Below, one piece after another: positions 12,979-24,599 of a stretch of 64,000 nucleotides of DNA (positions within the stretch are counted from its first letter, which is position 1; each line of letters opens with the position of its first letter). Source of the stretch: Marsupella aquatica (taxonomy: Eukaryota; Plantae; Marchantiophyta); assembly GCA_973895155.1 (NCBI GenBank), contig OZ316893.1, forward strand, positions 26,338,798 to 26,402,797, given 5' to 3'. The translations under genes and the position numbers were made by a program. The notes under the pieces were generated by a model that saw only the letters and a program-made list of their open reading frames with translations, was not told the DNA's origin and did not search any database.

Positions 12979-14881
12979 TAGGAATCTGCACGCGAGCTGT
13001 AAAGTTTTTCAGCACGACATGGTCACTAGGAGACCAATGTTTGAACTGTCTTTTTCTCCATCACCAATTATGGGTAAGACGAGTGTATCCTCCGCTTTTG
13101 TCAAATTTAATGTCAAATATCTTAGTTTTTTAACGAAATTGATGGAGGGATGACTCTTTGGATGCTAGTATTGTTTAGTGGAATACACCTCTTACCGACC
13201 CGTGTCTAATAATCTGATCGTCCAGCCGGTTGAAGACGCGAAGTGTGGAGGTACGTGTAAACAGAGGGGATATAGATGCAAGCGTAATTAGCACAGCAAT
13301 AGCTCCATTTTGTTGGAGATGTTTGATCCCCAGTAAAGCAGAAGGTCGAAGGAAGGCGGAAAGGAATTCAATCCAGTTTGCTGGAGCCAAAGGGTGAAAA
13401 CCTTTATCCTTCCCACTGCCTTTTGTGAATTGCATAGGAATTGAAGACACAGCTACCGTCACCTTCGACTTTGGTTGCAGTCACGACTCGGGAAGGTCAG
13501 ATGTTTCTAGAAAATACAGTCTATGTGCAGAGGGTTGCGTAACTCCTATCTTTATGTTAGTACCTGCGCATTGGGGCAGAGAACTCAATCCTGAGATCTG
13601 TTGTGAAGGGATAAATTTTATGAATATTCATCACTGGAGTTGAAGGTTGGTCTCGAAGGGTTTTTCAGTATGAATTTGGTGGTTCAGCTAGCTTTCAGCG
13701 CGATCCGATTGCTGACAAACCACCACTAGTGGTGTATTACCTAGCTCTTATTTCTATAGGCCCATCCTAAGCGCTCACCGTAGCTGCTCCAAGCAAAGTG
13801 TTGTAATCTTCTCATCTACCCATCGGTGTCTATCCTCCCATTTGGTAATCTAAATCTGAAAGATTATATTTGCCTTGGAATCTGCAGAACGAAGCAGCGT
13901 TAAGGTTTCTTTCTGCTTTTTGGGGGGATTTCAGAGTTTAGTTTTGACTTAGAATCTTTAGTAAGAAACGCTGCTTGGCAGATATTGGGATTCAGAATCT
14001 ATCGTATGAAAGAGTGTTGGGCAGGTATCGGACTGCTTGGAGTATTGGGCGTTGATCCATTTGTACAGAAGTAGAACTGAGATGGAGATATGGAGTGCTT
14101 ATATTCTCCCTCTTTCCTTTAATATATTCACTTTTTGCACCGAGCCAATGCTCAGCCCGTGTGTGCAACCTAGGACTTGGCCACTCGTTTAACCATTGTG
14201 AAGTTGGTTTTTTTATCACTGGTGTTTGTTTCAACTCAATTATGGACTGAGGATTTCACTTAATTCTCCTTAGGCAAACACTCTTTTGCAGATGGAAAGG
14301 TGTTTAGTGAGCCTGGATTACCTAGAGCTTAATCTACTTGTCTTAACCTTGGCTAAGCGACTCTAAGATTGGCCTCAATTCTCAAAAAAACTTGGGGCTC
14401 ATTCCTACTAGTGTTCAATCTTCTCAACAAGAGAAAGATTGTCCATCTGCAGCATGCGACTCATCCCATGAGGTGGGTTGAATGGTTCGCCTTCAATTAG
14501 GGGTAAAAGCATCTATTAAGAGGAACCCCTCCATGGACCCAATTTTTTTGGCAACCCTTCACCTGGGGAAGCAATCTGTAAAGGGTCCATCAGAGAAATC
14601 TGCACGTGGCAACCCTAGTGAAAAACTTGCATTTGACTTGAAATTTAATTTGGAAACTGTTCTACTATATGAAGCCTTTGTTAGTCCTGCCCCTTGTTTG
14701 CTACTTGTCAGTGCTTTCATGGATACATACTTTGTAGAAGTTGCTTTGAAAGATTTAGTGTCTGCTGTCGACACCTGCACTACCAGTGAGCCAACGTGGC
14801 TTGCTAGCCATTTGGGAGGAAGTCATTCCTTGATTACTTGCATGTGCAAATTATTTTCTTATGTATACATTGGCAATGAAG

Positions 14882-15195
14882 ACAAACACCCTTGCGACTT
14901 CATATATATATCACACAAACACCCTTGCATATGTATATATTACACTGCCAAAAAGACAGAAAATATATATATTGGTGTTTGTATATATATTACACTGCCA
15001 AAAAGACAGAAAATATATATATCACACAACACCCTTGTGTGTCTTCATATATATCACACAAACACCCTTGCGTATATATATTACACTGCCAAAAAGACAG
15101 AAAATATATATATCACACAACACCCTTGCGTGTCTTCATATATATCACACAAACACCCTTGCGTATATATATTACACTTCCAAAAAGACAGAAAC
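14882..15195. repeat. AT-rich tandem array, ~91-bp compound unit (aacacccttgcg-tatatatattacactgccaaaaagacagaaaatatatatatcacac...), ~3.5 copies
   Basis: The unit recurs at 15061 and 15152. Earlier copies carry deletions. Confidence 0.9.
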
Positions 15196-15983
15196 TCCAA
15201 ACTGGGAGACATAACCCCACAGGCATACATTCAACACACAATGTGCTATGTATAGCAGGCAGCTTTGAGTGGTGGGATGGAGATGGGATCCACTGCAACA
15301 GAGCTTTCTTTTAGTGTGGGGCCAAGTTGGCTAGTCACTTATTAGAGTGGGCAGGTATTCAAGGGAGAGAAATGTCTGATACACCTAATCTGCACCATCA
15401 GATCTTGTGAGATTTAAGGAGTGCCATTAGATCTGGCCTGGTTTTGCCTTGGTTGATGAGCCCAGAACCAATAGGGTGATTTGAGAGGAAAAAGACCAAT
15501 TTACTATAAACGGGTCAAACAAAGTGTGAAGGAGAAAGAAAAAAGAGTGATCCAAAGAAGACAAGCAGAAAACTTTTTAAAAAGTGAAATGCAAACCCCA
15601 AAAAACCTGGAAAGGAGAAAAAAAAAATTAAAAACCTATTGGCACAATAATGTGATGATCTAATGGCAGATCCACATCTACATTGTTGACTAGAATTGGT
15701 CTTATCTTGAATTTAGTGTTAGTCTGTAATTAATGTTAGTTGGAATTCTGAACTACAATAGAGCAAATTTGTCGTACTCCTGATTTGTGCTAGCAGCAGT
15801 GTTTAGGACGAGTAATGGTTTTGCCTGATTGTGCCCCAAGCAGTGTACATAGATCAAACAGTCTAACGTTTGCCGTTGAGGAGCCTCCCTGAGAAGCCTC
15901 CATTTGTGGCTTCTCAGAGCACCATAAGGTGCCACATGCCCAAAATGCAAAAGGGAATGCAAAAGAGAACCCTCCCCACGTTC

Positions 15984-16100
15984 ATGTAAAGTAAAGTCTG
16001 GTCACTTCACACATTCATTCCCCAAGTTAATGTAAAGTAAACTCTGGTCAGTTCCTATAACATTCATTCCAAGTTAATGGAAAGTAAACACTGGTCAGTT
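15984..16100. repeat. ~46-bp tandem repeat (atgtaaagtaaaNtctggtcaNtt...cattcattcc-aagtta), 2.5 copies
   Basis: Read directly. Confidence 0.75.
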
Positions 16101-16149
16101 CAGATTCATTTGAATGGTGCCCAAAGAGACATGGCTGTTTGGTAACTCA

Positions 16150-16543
16150 GGGTCACTTTACAAGACGGGTGCGGCAATTTGAGTGCTTTCTACCAGGGCT
16201 GTAATAGAGCCCGACTTTTAGTGGTACAATAGGACTCTAGACCAATCCAAGGCAGGAATCGTAGGAGAAAGCGGGCTGCCCATTTTTGCACCTCCGGAGG
16301 TCCGATAGTCTTGCGCCCAGATGAGAGTCTCAAGCCGGCTGGCCCGAGCTGATCCATACCAAAATGCAGGTTCGGTCTTTCCCGCAGCTCAACTTGCCGT
16401 GCCAGTCTTCTAAAGCAAGGAGCGCCCAGGCAGGCTGAAACAACGGTTGTGATTGATTCAATCTTGAAAAAAGAGGGACTAAATATGATTCGATCCTGCA
16501 AAAAGAGGGACTAAATTGCCGTGCCTGTCTTGTAAAGTGGCCC
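16150..16543. mobile_element. MITE (PIF/Harbinger-Tourist-like), 394 bp, ~31-bp terminal inverted repeats
   Basis: The left end GGGTCACTTTACAAGACGGGTGCGGCAATTT matches the reverse complement of the right end (GGGCCACTTTACAAGACAGGCACGGCAATTT). TCA lies on both sides and there is no transposase ORF. Superfamily inferred from GGG-starting TIRs and the 3-bp flank. Confidence 0.8.
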
Positions 16544-16894
16544 TCAGATTCATTTGAATGGTGCCCAGAGAGACATGGCTGTTTGGTAACTCAACTGAGT
16601 CGTGATTCATAGATCTTGAGTTCAAATGTGACCCCGAATTCAAATGTTATGAAGTTCACTTTTTGTGGAGTTTCACAGATTTTTACTTAAATAGAAAATA
16701 AACATTTGAATGGCTCCGATTGCATCTGAGCATTGGGGAAAAATGGGTCCGGCCTCCCGAGTTTTTGTAAAACACCGAAACACACTTTCCAACCGACACT
16801 TCCGGAGAACCCGTGCAAAGAGTCGAGGACTGCTGAATTCGGGCGATGGCGAAGCAGATCGTGAGCCTCTCTCATATGAACTCCAGCACCGTCG

Positions 16895-17440
16895 CAATGT
16901 GGTGCACATAGCTACGAGGAGCTCTTGCAGGATGGAAAGCGGAGAGGGGCGAACAGAGTGATTGTTTGAGAACGATCGGCAATTTGGCAATGTAGTAATG
17001 CACATAGCTAGGAGGAGCTTTTGCAGGATGGAAAGCGGAGAGGAGCGAACAGAGTGATTGTTTGAGAACGATGGGCAATTTGGCAATGTGGTGCACATCG
17101 CTGGGAATTCTTGCAGGATGGAAAGCGGCAGGGAAGGGCGAACAGAGTGATTGTTTGACAACGATCGGCAATTTGGCAATGTGGTGCACATAGCTAGGAG
17201 CTCTTGCAGGATGGAAAGCGGCAGGGAGGGGCGAACAGAGTGATTGTTTGACACCGATCCGCAATGTGGCAATGTGGTGCACATAGCTAGGAGCTCTTGC
17301 AGGATGGAAAGCATGCAGGGAGGGGCGAACAGAGTGAGTGTTTGCGAACGATCGGCAATTTGGCAATGTGGTGCACATGGTGAGGAATTCTTGCAGGATG
17401 GAAAGCAGGGAGGGCGAACAGTGATTGTTTGACAAGGATC
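16895..17440. repeat. GC-rich tandem array, ~93-bp unit x ~5.8, upstream of the SANT gene
   Basis: Unit starts at 16895, 16988, 17084, 17177, 17270 and 17364 (caatgtggtgcacatagctaggagctcttgcaggatggaaagcggcagggaggggcgaacagagtgattgtttg...). Confidence 0.93.
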
Positions 17441-17815
17441 GTCAGTACTTAGTGGTGCGGTCGCGGGTTCTGTGTCGTCCAACTTTATTAGCGGGCTTGC
17501 TGTCCCGTTGCAATAGCAGAGAGCGAGAGGTATTCGATCACTTTCGGGAAAATTCTAAGTCTTCCGTCTAGAGAGAGCGAGAGAGAGAGAGAGAGAGCTG
17601 TATTTGATCTTTCGGGATGATTTTACTAGTTCCGGGTAGGGTCTGGTCTTCGACCGAATGCGTTGCTGGTCTGTTGCAATTCTCTGCTGTGCTCCTAGGG
17701 AGATCTTAGCTGAGCTGAGCTGAGCTGAGCTGAGCGGGATAGAATTCATCGAGGCATTTGACACGAATTGAAATGAATTGAAGTGTTAACAAGGTAGCGA
17801 ACCGGCCAGCCAGCC

Positions 17816-19890
17816 ATGGTAATGGGTGATGCGGTAGGTCCTGTAGCAGCTGCATTGCGACATAACGGACTGATCACTGGCGCCGACAGTGGCAAGGATC
17901 TTGCAATCGAGGGGAATTGGACAAAACGCCAGGAGAAAGCCTTACAAGAGTCTCTCTCAAAGATTAAACCTGGAGTCAATTTCTGGCGCCTCGTTGCCGA
18001 GCGGGTAAACTCTGCCACTTCTTGGACGCGTGATCTGCTTAGGTTCATTTATGTATTCCTATTCCTCGGGATGCTTTCTAAAATCTCAAGTTATTACCGA
18101 ACATTTGTATTTATCCTCGATGAACTCAGTTTGATTCCGGCCACAGGTTCCAGGGAAAAACGCGTTAGATTGTTTCGAAAAGTTCTATTCTGGACGCACC
18201 GCAACTCGCGCTGCCACACGGCTTCGTGCGTTAGGAGAACTCGATTTTGCTCTCGCTGAAACAAGAGGCATTAAACATGTCAAATCCCCTCAAAGCAACG
18301 CACCCACAACTGTCAAGACGCCAGGGAGAGAAACGAGGGCAACTCGACAAGCTGCAACAGGATCTGCCAAAATAGAGAGCAAGACCTCTGGCGAGGGATA
18401 CAATGTTGCTCTCACTGAAAGAAGTCGCAGTAAACGTATCAAATCCCTTGAAAGCAATGCGCCGCTAAATGTCAAGACGCCAGGAAGAGAAGCGAGGGCA
18501 ACTCGACAATCTGCAACAGGAGCTGACAAAATACAGATCAACACGTCTGGATACAATGCTGGTGCACTTACTCGGCAGACGGTAGCGACAGTAACTGAAG
18601 GCACCAAGCGCAGGATCGAGGCAGCCAGCAACTCGCAGGATGTCAAGCGGATCAAAGCCACAAAGCCGGAGCCGGAGAGCAAAGCCAACGGTGGAACGCT
18701 CGGCAAGAGAGCAGGGAAAGGCAGCAAAAGTAGAAGTGGGAAACAGGTTTTGTTGAATAACCGGGCTAGTACACCGGCTGTAGTGCTAGCATCCGTATCC
18801 GATCGGTCTTCTGAATCTGATAATGGTGAGCAAAGCTACTCGGCTTCCCGAGTTTCCGTTGATGATGACCTCTGGACACAAGAACAAGAGATGGCCCTAC
18901 AGACTGCCTATGCGACGATAAAACCCTCCGCTAATTTCTGGCATCTCATTTCCATGCGGGTAAGGCTTTCTATCCATGCTCCGTGCTCCGTGCACGGACA
19001 TGTGCTTTTACGTTTTCGTAACGGAAGTTTATTTCGTTCTCGCTTCTCGTCGTGCTCGAAATAATTATCGGTTACAGCCTGGGATCCATCTTCTCACATC
19101 CGAGTGCTCCTGAGCTCAGGTTCCCGGACGAAGCGCGGACGAGTGTTTCAACCAATTCTACTCAGCACACCCGACTCCCCCACGTATTCCTCGACGCTCG
19201 TGCTTGAAAGAAGTCGATTGCCCACCCTCGCTTCCCAGGCTTACCAAGGCCAAGACTACGGGGGGCAAAAGATTACTCGAAGCACACAGAACAGTACGAA
19301 ACATTTTGAGAAAGCAGCAGGTGGACGATGAAGATTACAAAGCGGACGCATTCGCTGCTTTGGAGCCGCCTGATGTGGTGCACAGTGTCGTCGCGATGTC
19401 CAACGAAACAGAGGTGAAATTCTGTGTCAACAATGGTTCTCGTCCTGAGAGCACGGAGACCAGCACTACACAGTACCCGCAGTCCAATAAGGAGAACCGG
19501 AAGCCAAAACCTGTGGGACAAAGCAGGGAGTTCGGAATTGGGCAGTCAGGCGTTTTCTCTCCGGACATTTTGAAGAAGGTGAAGGATCCGTTAATGTTGG
19601 ACAAGTACATTGACCACTTACACCAACGAAGGACCAGAAGGGCCGGAACCAAATCCGCCCAGAGGAAAGAAAGTGCCCAAAGGGCCAGAGGAGTGTATGA
19701 CCTTTTCAAAGATGGCTTGGATTTCAGGGAGGTCAGGTTGGATGCGATTCACCGTGCAAAGCAGGAGCTGAGAGATGTCTTCTTGAGACCATTAAGTGCT
19801 GTTGATGATCCATTTTTGAACCTGCTAGATGAGAGCAGTGATGGCAGTGGGAAGGATGACGAGGAAGATGATGTTTCCGTGGACACTTAG
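17816..19890 (+). CDS. Two-SANT/Myb-like-domain protein (~590 aa); C-terminal half resembles the M18BP1 C-terminus
   Basis: Exons 17816-18004, 18147-18959 and 19120-19890 join in frame. SANT1 is WTKRQEKALQESLSKIKPGVNFWRLVAER|VPGKNALDCFEKFY and SANT2 is WTQEQEMALQTAYATIKPSANFWHLISMR|VPGRSADECFNQFY. Downstream are SPDILKKVKDPLMLDKYIDHLH and an acidic tail. The start could be the second Met. Confidence 0.85.
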
Positions 19891-22800
19891 ATGGTTCCCT
19901 GAAGGTCACTGAATACCCAGTGAATCTACAGATGTAGGCAATCGTCTCGCCTCTTTGCAAGTCCCATCTGAGGACGTTGCCAATGACATGGGCACACCGC
20001 ATTTCTTCGCCAGATCTATGGTTTCAGTATGTATCTGACATGCATCCTGGTGATGGTGACCTGAATTAGTCATAGTACGCTTGAGAGTGAAACCTTCCTG
20101 CATAATGATACGTTTTCTACCTTGTACAGTAGAAATAGTCCCAACGACGAGGAAGAGTGTTTGACAATTTTGTCCATGCAATGGCACCTAGTGTAAAGTA
20201 GCCATCTCCATTCTTATGAAGATCCAGTTTAGCACAGCCGCGCTGTTGAAGATTACTGCTGAATTTCGTCAAAGATGAAGTTGCAGCAACCGTACTCTCC
20301 ATCTCCAGCTCTATATAGTGTTTACTTTTTACGTGCATCAATTAGTACGATGTATAAAAGCATTGGAACTCTCTAGTTAAACTTTCTCAAGAGCAAATTT
20401 AGGTCGAATGGCGCCCTAATATTCAGATAGTTGTAGTGATGAAAAAGAAACAGTTCGATGAGAGTTGGGTTACTGGAAGGAACAATTCTATCGTCCATAA
20501 GCCGCTGACAAAACAGACTTTAATGACAAGGAAGAGGCATAGTACTAATTTCTTACTTCCTCGGCAGAAAGTGACAAGAATCCAGCATGGGTCACAGAAG
20601 TGTCATCTTTGGTTGTGAAAGATTTAGCAGATTCCGAGCTTGAAAATTTGTGCCACTGTGTAGACGTGGACGTATGCCAACTTCGCTTGAGAACATAGAT
20701 GATTTGTTAAAACCAAATCATTGGTAAGCGTTTTGTAGCGTCGTCTTGAATGAACAGTTGTCAGACAGTTACAGTTAAACTAGTACACGAGTCATGGCTC
20801 GTTGAATCTCTTTTAGTTCTCTTCTGCCTTGTTCTGTTGCCACTGTCGTGAGCCTACCTACTCCACGCGGAGTCAGCTTCTACTCTACTAATCGCAACGG
20901 ATCTGCTGCTACTCTACTTACTAAATTCATCCAGTATAGTCAACTTATCAGCTCCTACTCAATGAATTTATCTACAGTAATACCCCGCGGATCAGCTGGC
21001 AGAAGATAGGCTACTCTAACCTAGATTCACTCTATTGCCATCAGACTCACTAATCTTCCCGTCTGCTTTGCCTCCTCAGCGCTCCTCTCTTCGTTGTGAG
21101 CTTCTTCTGCTCCCTTCACCTCCTCTGATTGAGAAATTTTAGAATTCAATTTGCTTCTATGAGTAGCAACTATTTCAAAATCATACTGCGGTGCTGAAGG
21201 AGTAACAAACAGGCAACTTAATGCGTAGACTCTCTGTTCAAATGCCTCGTCAAAACTGCTCATCTTCCTACCTCGTGTGTCAAGTTATCAGTCTAATGTT
21301 TGCCCACCAGAAGAAGAGTTGTCAGCTTTTACATACATTATCTGTCTCCGATCCTGGCACGAATGTTAGTCCTTACTCTCGGTCTACCCTGCCTGTGTTG
21401 TTTAAAAGAGGGGGTGTTGAGGTATTTCGTGCATTCAGTTCGTCTGTCCTATGATTGCCCACTGGAAGAAGAGAGCCTTTAAATAGATTGGCGGTCTCGG
21501 GGCATGAATGTTGGTCACTATTCTCGGTCTACTCTGGCTGTGTTATTTGGAAGCGGGGGGTGTCGAGGATTCTGTCCGAGTAACTTCGTAGAACAAAAAG
21601 ACCCAACTATAGAGTTGGTCTTGTGTTACGGCTGCATTTAAATATACTTTCTGGGATAGATTCACTACTCAGTATAGGTATGATTAAGTTTACAGCCTCA
21701 TCTTGACGTTTCTCAAAGGGAGGACATTCAGCTGTACTACTTCGTTTCTCAGGTCGATCAATACACAATTATTCAGAAATTTCCTTTCCTTCGGTTTGCT
21801 CTCATAATCCTACAAGACTTCTGACACATTTCTTGGTTTGCAAAGAATTCGAGAGGAGCCTGCACTGTGCTCCGAGGGTGCGAGAGACCTACTGTCCTTC
21901 ATATCTGGGGTTTGGATCAGGGTTTTCTTTAGTGGCGAAAATTCGCTAGATTCCACCTCCCAAAAAATCCTTCTCCACTTTTGGCTAAAATTGGCTACTT
22001 TTTGGCTGTCTCATTAGCCAGTGTTCCACCTAATCCCAGGCCCCATTAGCCAAAATCTAACGGTCCGCCTTAAATCTAGGGAGATCTAACGGTCAGGAAA
22101 ATAATTGAATACAGAATCTTTTGAGCATCTTCTCCTTGACACGCTTTACATTCGCCACCTTGCGAAAAAGTGAAATCCTTAAAAAAAACACTGGTTTGGA
22201 TCTCGCAATTCACCTCCCCCACGCCCTACAAAGGCCGGTATTGATACTTGGTAAGGACCAAGCATTGATACTAGGCAATTTCGGGGACAAATTCAACCAC
22301 AGGCAGGAAACTTCGCAAAATGCAGGAACGGAGAAATTCCGTGAACACGCAGAACATGGGATTCGTACCTGTGTCCTTTTTTTACCAGGACCATGACCCT
22401 TGATGTGCAACTTTTCATATTCTAGTAGTGTTGTAAAGACATGACATGTCATCGACGATGATTTCTAGACTCGGGTTATGGTAAGCACTAGAGCAGCCAT
22501 TCTGTGGACAGTTGACCTCCATTTCAGAAGACCATTCCCCTCCAATTTCATATACTTCACGAATTCTGTCTTTCTGCATAGCACTAAGCCGGGACGCGAA
22601 ATCCACAGAACTTGTGATTTTGTTACATACATCACTGGGAATTAAACACGACAAAATATTCATGTATATGTCAATATGATGTACAGGTCAAGCTTCTTGG
22701 ACAATCTAGGAGGTCTACTTATAAATTTGGACCACCACGCAAACTACAACGATCAGCTTATCACACACGGTAGAGATGCCATTTAAAACCAAACGCTCGA

Positions 22801-24599
22801 CAGGAAACCTCCATCCGATCAATACTGGGAATTCAGTGATTAATACTGTGCACATGTGGGAGCATGATAACAAAAGTCTACATATAAGAGAAACTATTCT
22901 GGAAGGTCATCGATCAAACAACTCAAATACCATGAAGCCGCAATCCAATTCCACATCCATGCTTTCGTTCAATTTAACTGCGGGATAATGAAGGCGCGAA
23001 GATACGTTCTCTTCACGGAAGCTCTTTGGCCAACGATTGAACACCAAAACAAGAACGCTGTCCATGTGTTCACTCCGGATCAATTTTCAGGTATCCAATT
23101 TGCTGAGGCAAGAAAATTTGCTCGGAGAGAGAAGTCTGGAGCAAAAAATGAGGATTTCTCCATCGAGAAAATTAGAAAGGTTTTTTCTATCGATGAACCG
23201 CTGTGACCTTCAGCAGGTAGACACTGTGTATCATTCAGGGTTCCCTGAGCTACAGATATAATATAAGAAACATTCTCAGAGATGACACCACTGCTACGAA
23301 GTCAAGAAAAGTATATATAGGACGAAACTTAGGCCAATAAGCATTCAAAGGCTCTGAAGTATGAAAATATAACCCTGGAAAAGTTCCGTGCCCAAGCTTT
23401 GTCTGTGCCAGTTAATTTCCGATATGAGACTATTCCTACTCTCAACCGGCCAATTCTCAGAAGCAGCTCCAGGAAACGACTTCTGAAATTCACTTCTGCT
23501 CTCTTTCCCTGAGTTGTTGCACCTCTGGCCCATTCCTCAACATGGAGAGAGAAACCGAGTAAAACCTTGACGTCTTCTGGCCTGAAATATTCGACCATCA
23601 TCCGTATTCTGAAAAGTCACAACCTTTCCGTCGGATTCACGGCAGACGAATGTCCACCTCCGTCAAAAGTTATAAGTGCCCGCATGTACAGTCGGGTAAG
23701 GAACCTCTGCCTGTCCGTTCGGTTTGCAGCCACAGCCGGAATACAATCTTCTCCAGAAATTAGGCAACTTGACTGGCATTTTGACATCATAGATTTGACT
23801 AGCTCTTCAATTACGGAAATGCCACACGAGTTTTTGCCAGTGTTGAAGTTCGTCTAAAAGGATTTTGCTGGAATTCCAACCCCTTTAACGAGATGGGGAC
23901 ACTTCAGTAAGATACATACAAATCAATGCCTTCAGTAAATTGACTTGTGCTCTTGGCTTACAGCAGCTGGCCCGACCTTTCCCCAAACAGAAACCTGGAG
24001 AAGAAACCTGAAAGGGTAATAGCATCCAGCCTCCTCGAACAAGGTAGTAAGTCCATCCAATCGGCTTCAGGGGCTGAATCTCAACCAGGTGAGAAGACGG
24101 ACAACATGTTGGAGCCTATATGTGTTCACAGATAGGAGATTCCTGCACTTTTGAGCTCAGACTTGACTCCAACGAGGCTGCTGGCTTCGCTAGGCAGCTG
24201 CTGCATCAGATTTGCACAAGGGTTAGCCACAGCAGATCGACTATAAGCTTCGACCTACAAAAATCCTAGTCTGCTTGATGGACATCACGAAAACCCTAGG
24301 TGAGTAACAATCGCATAGCATTTTCTTTCGCCGTCCGTTGGCGAATTTTCTCCTCACCGCGACGGGTCAGCACAGCAGCTTCGATGGTCCATCATGTACA
24401 GATAGGCTTTAAGATTCGAGGCACAAAATCTTAGTAGAATGCATGGACACTTCTAAGAACTTAGGAGGTCAACAGCACTGCCTCGCCTTCCCTTGGCAAA
24501 TTGTCGCCATCATGGTGGGTGAGCATCTGATGGCCCCTCTTGCAGAGACTTTAAGCCTCTTCCCACAAAATCACAGCAGCATGCATGGACATTACGATC

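Noticed and set aside
16895-17440. CRISPR-like array
   Set aside because: The units are full-length tandem repeats with no unique spacers, there are no cas genes, and the context is eukaryotic.
16673-17482. 269-aa Cys-rich repeat protein
   Set aside because: It starts at TTG, a 94-bp unit shifts the repeat frame, and a second frame is equally open. It is not called as a CDS.
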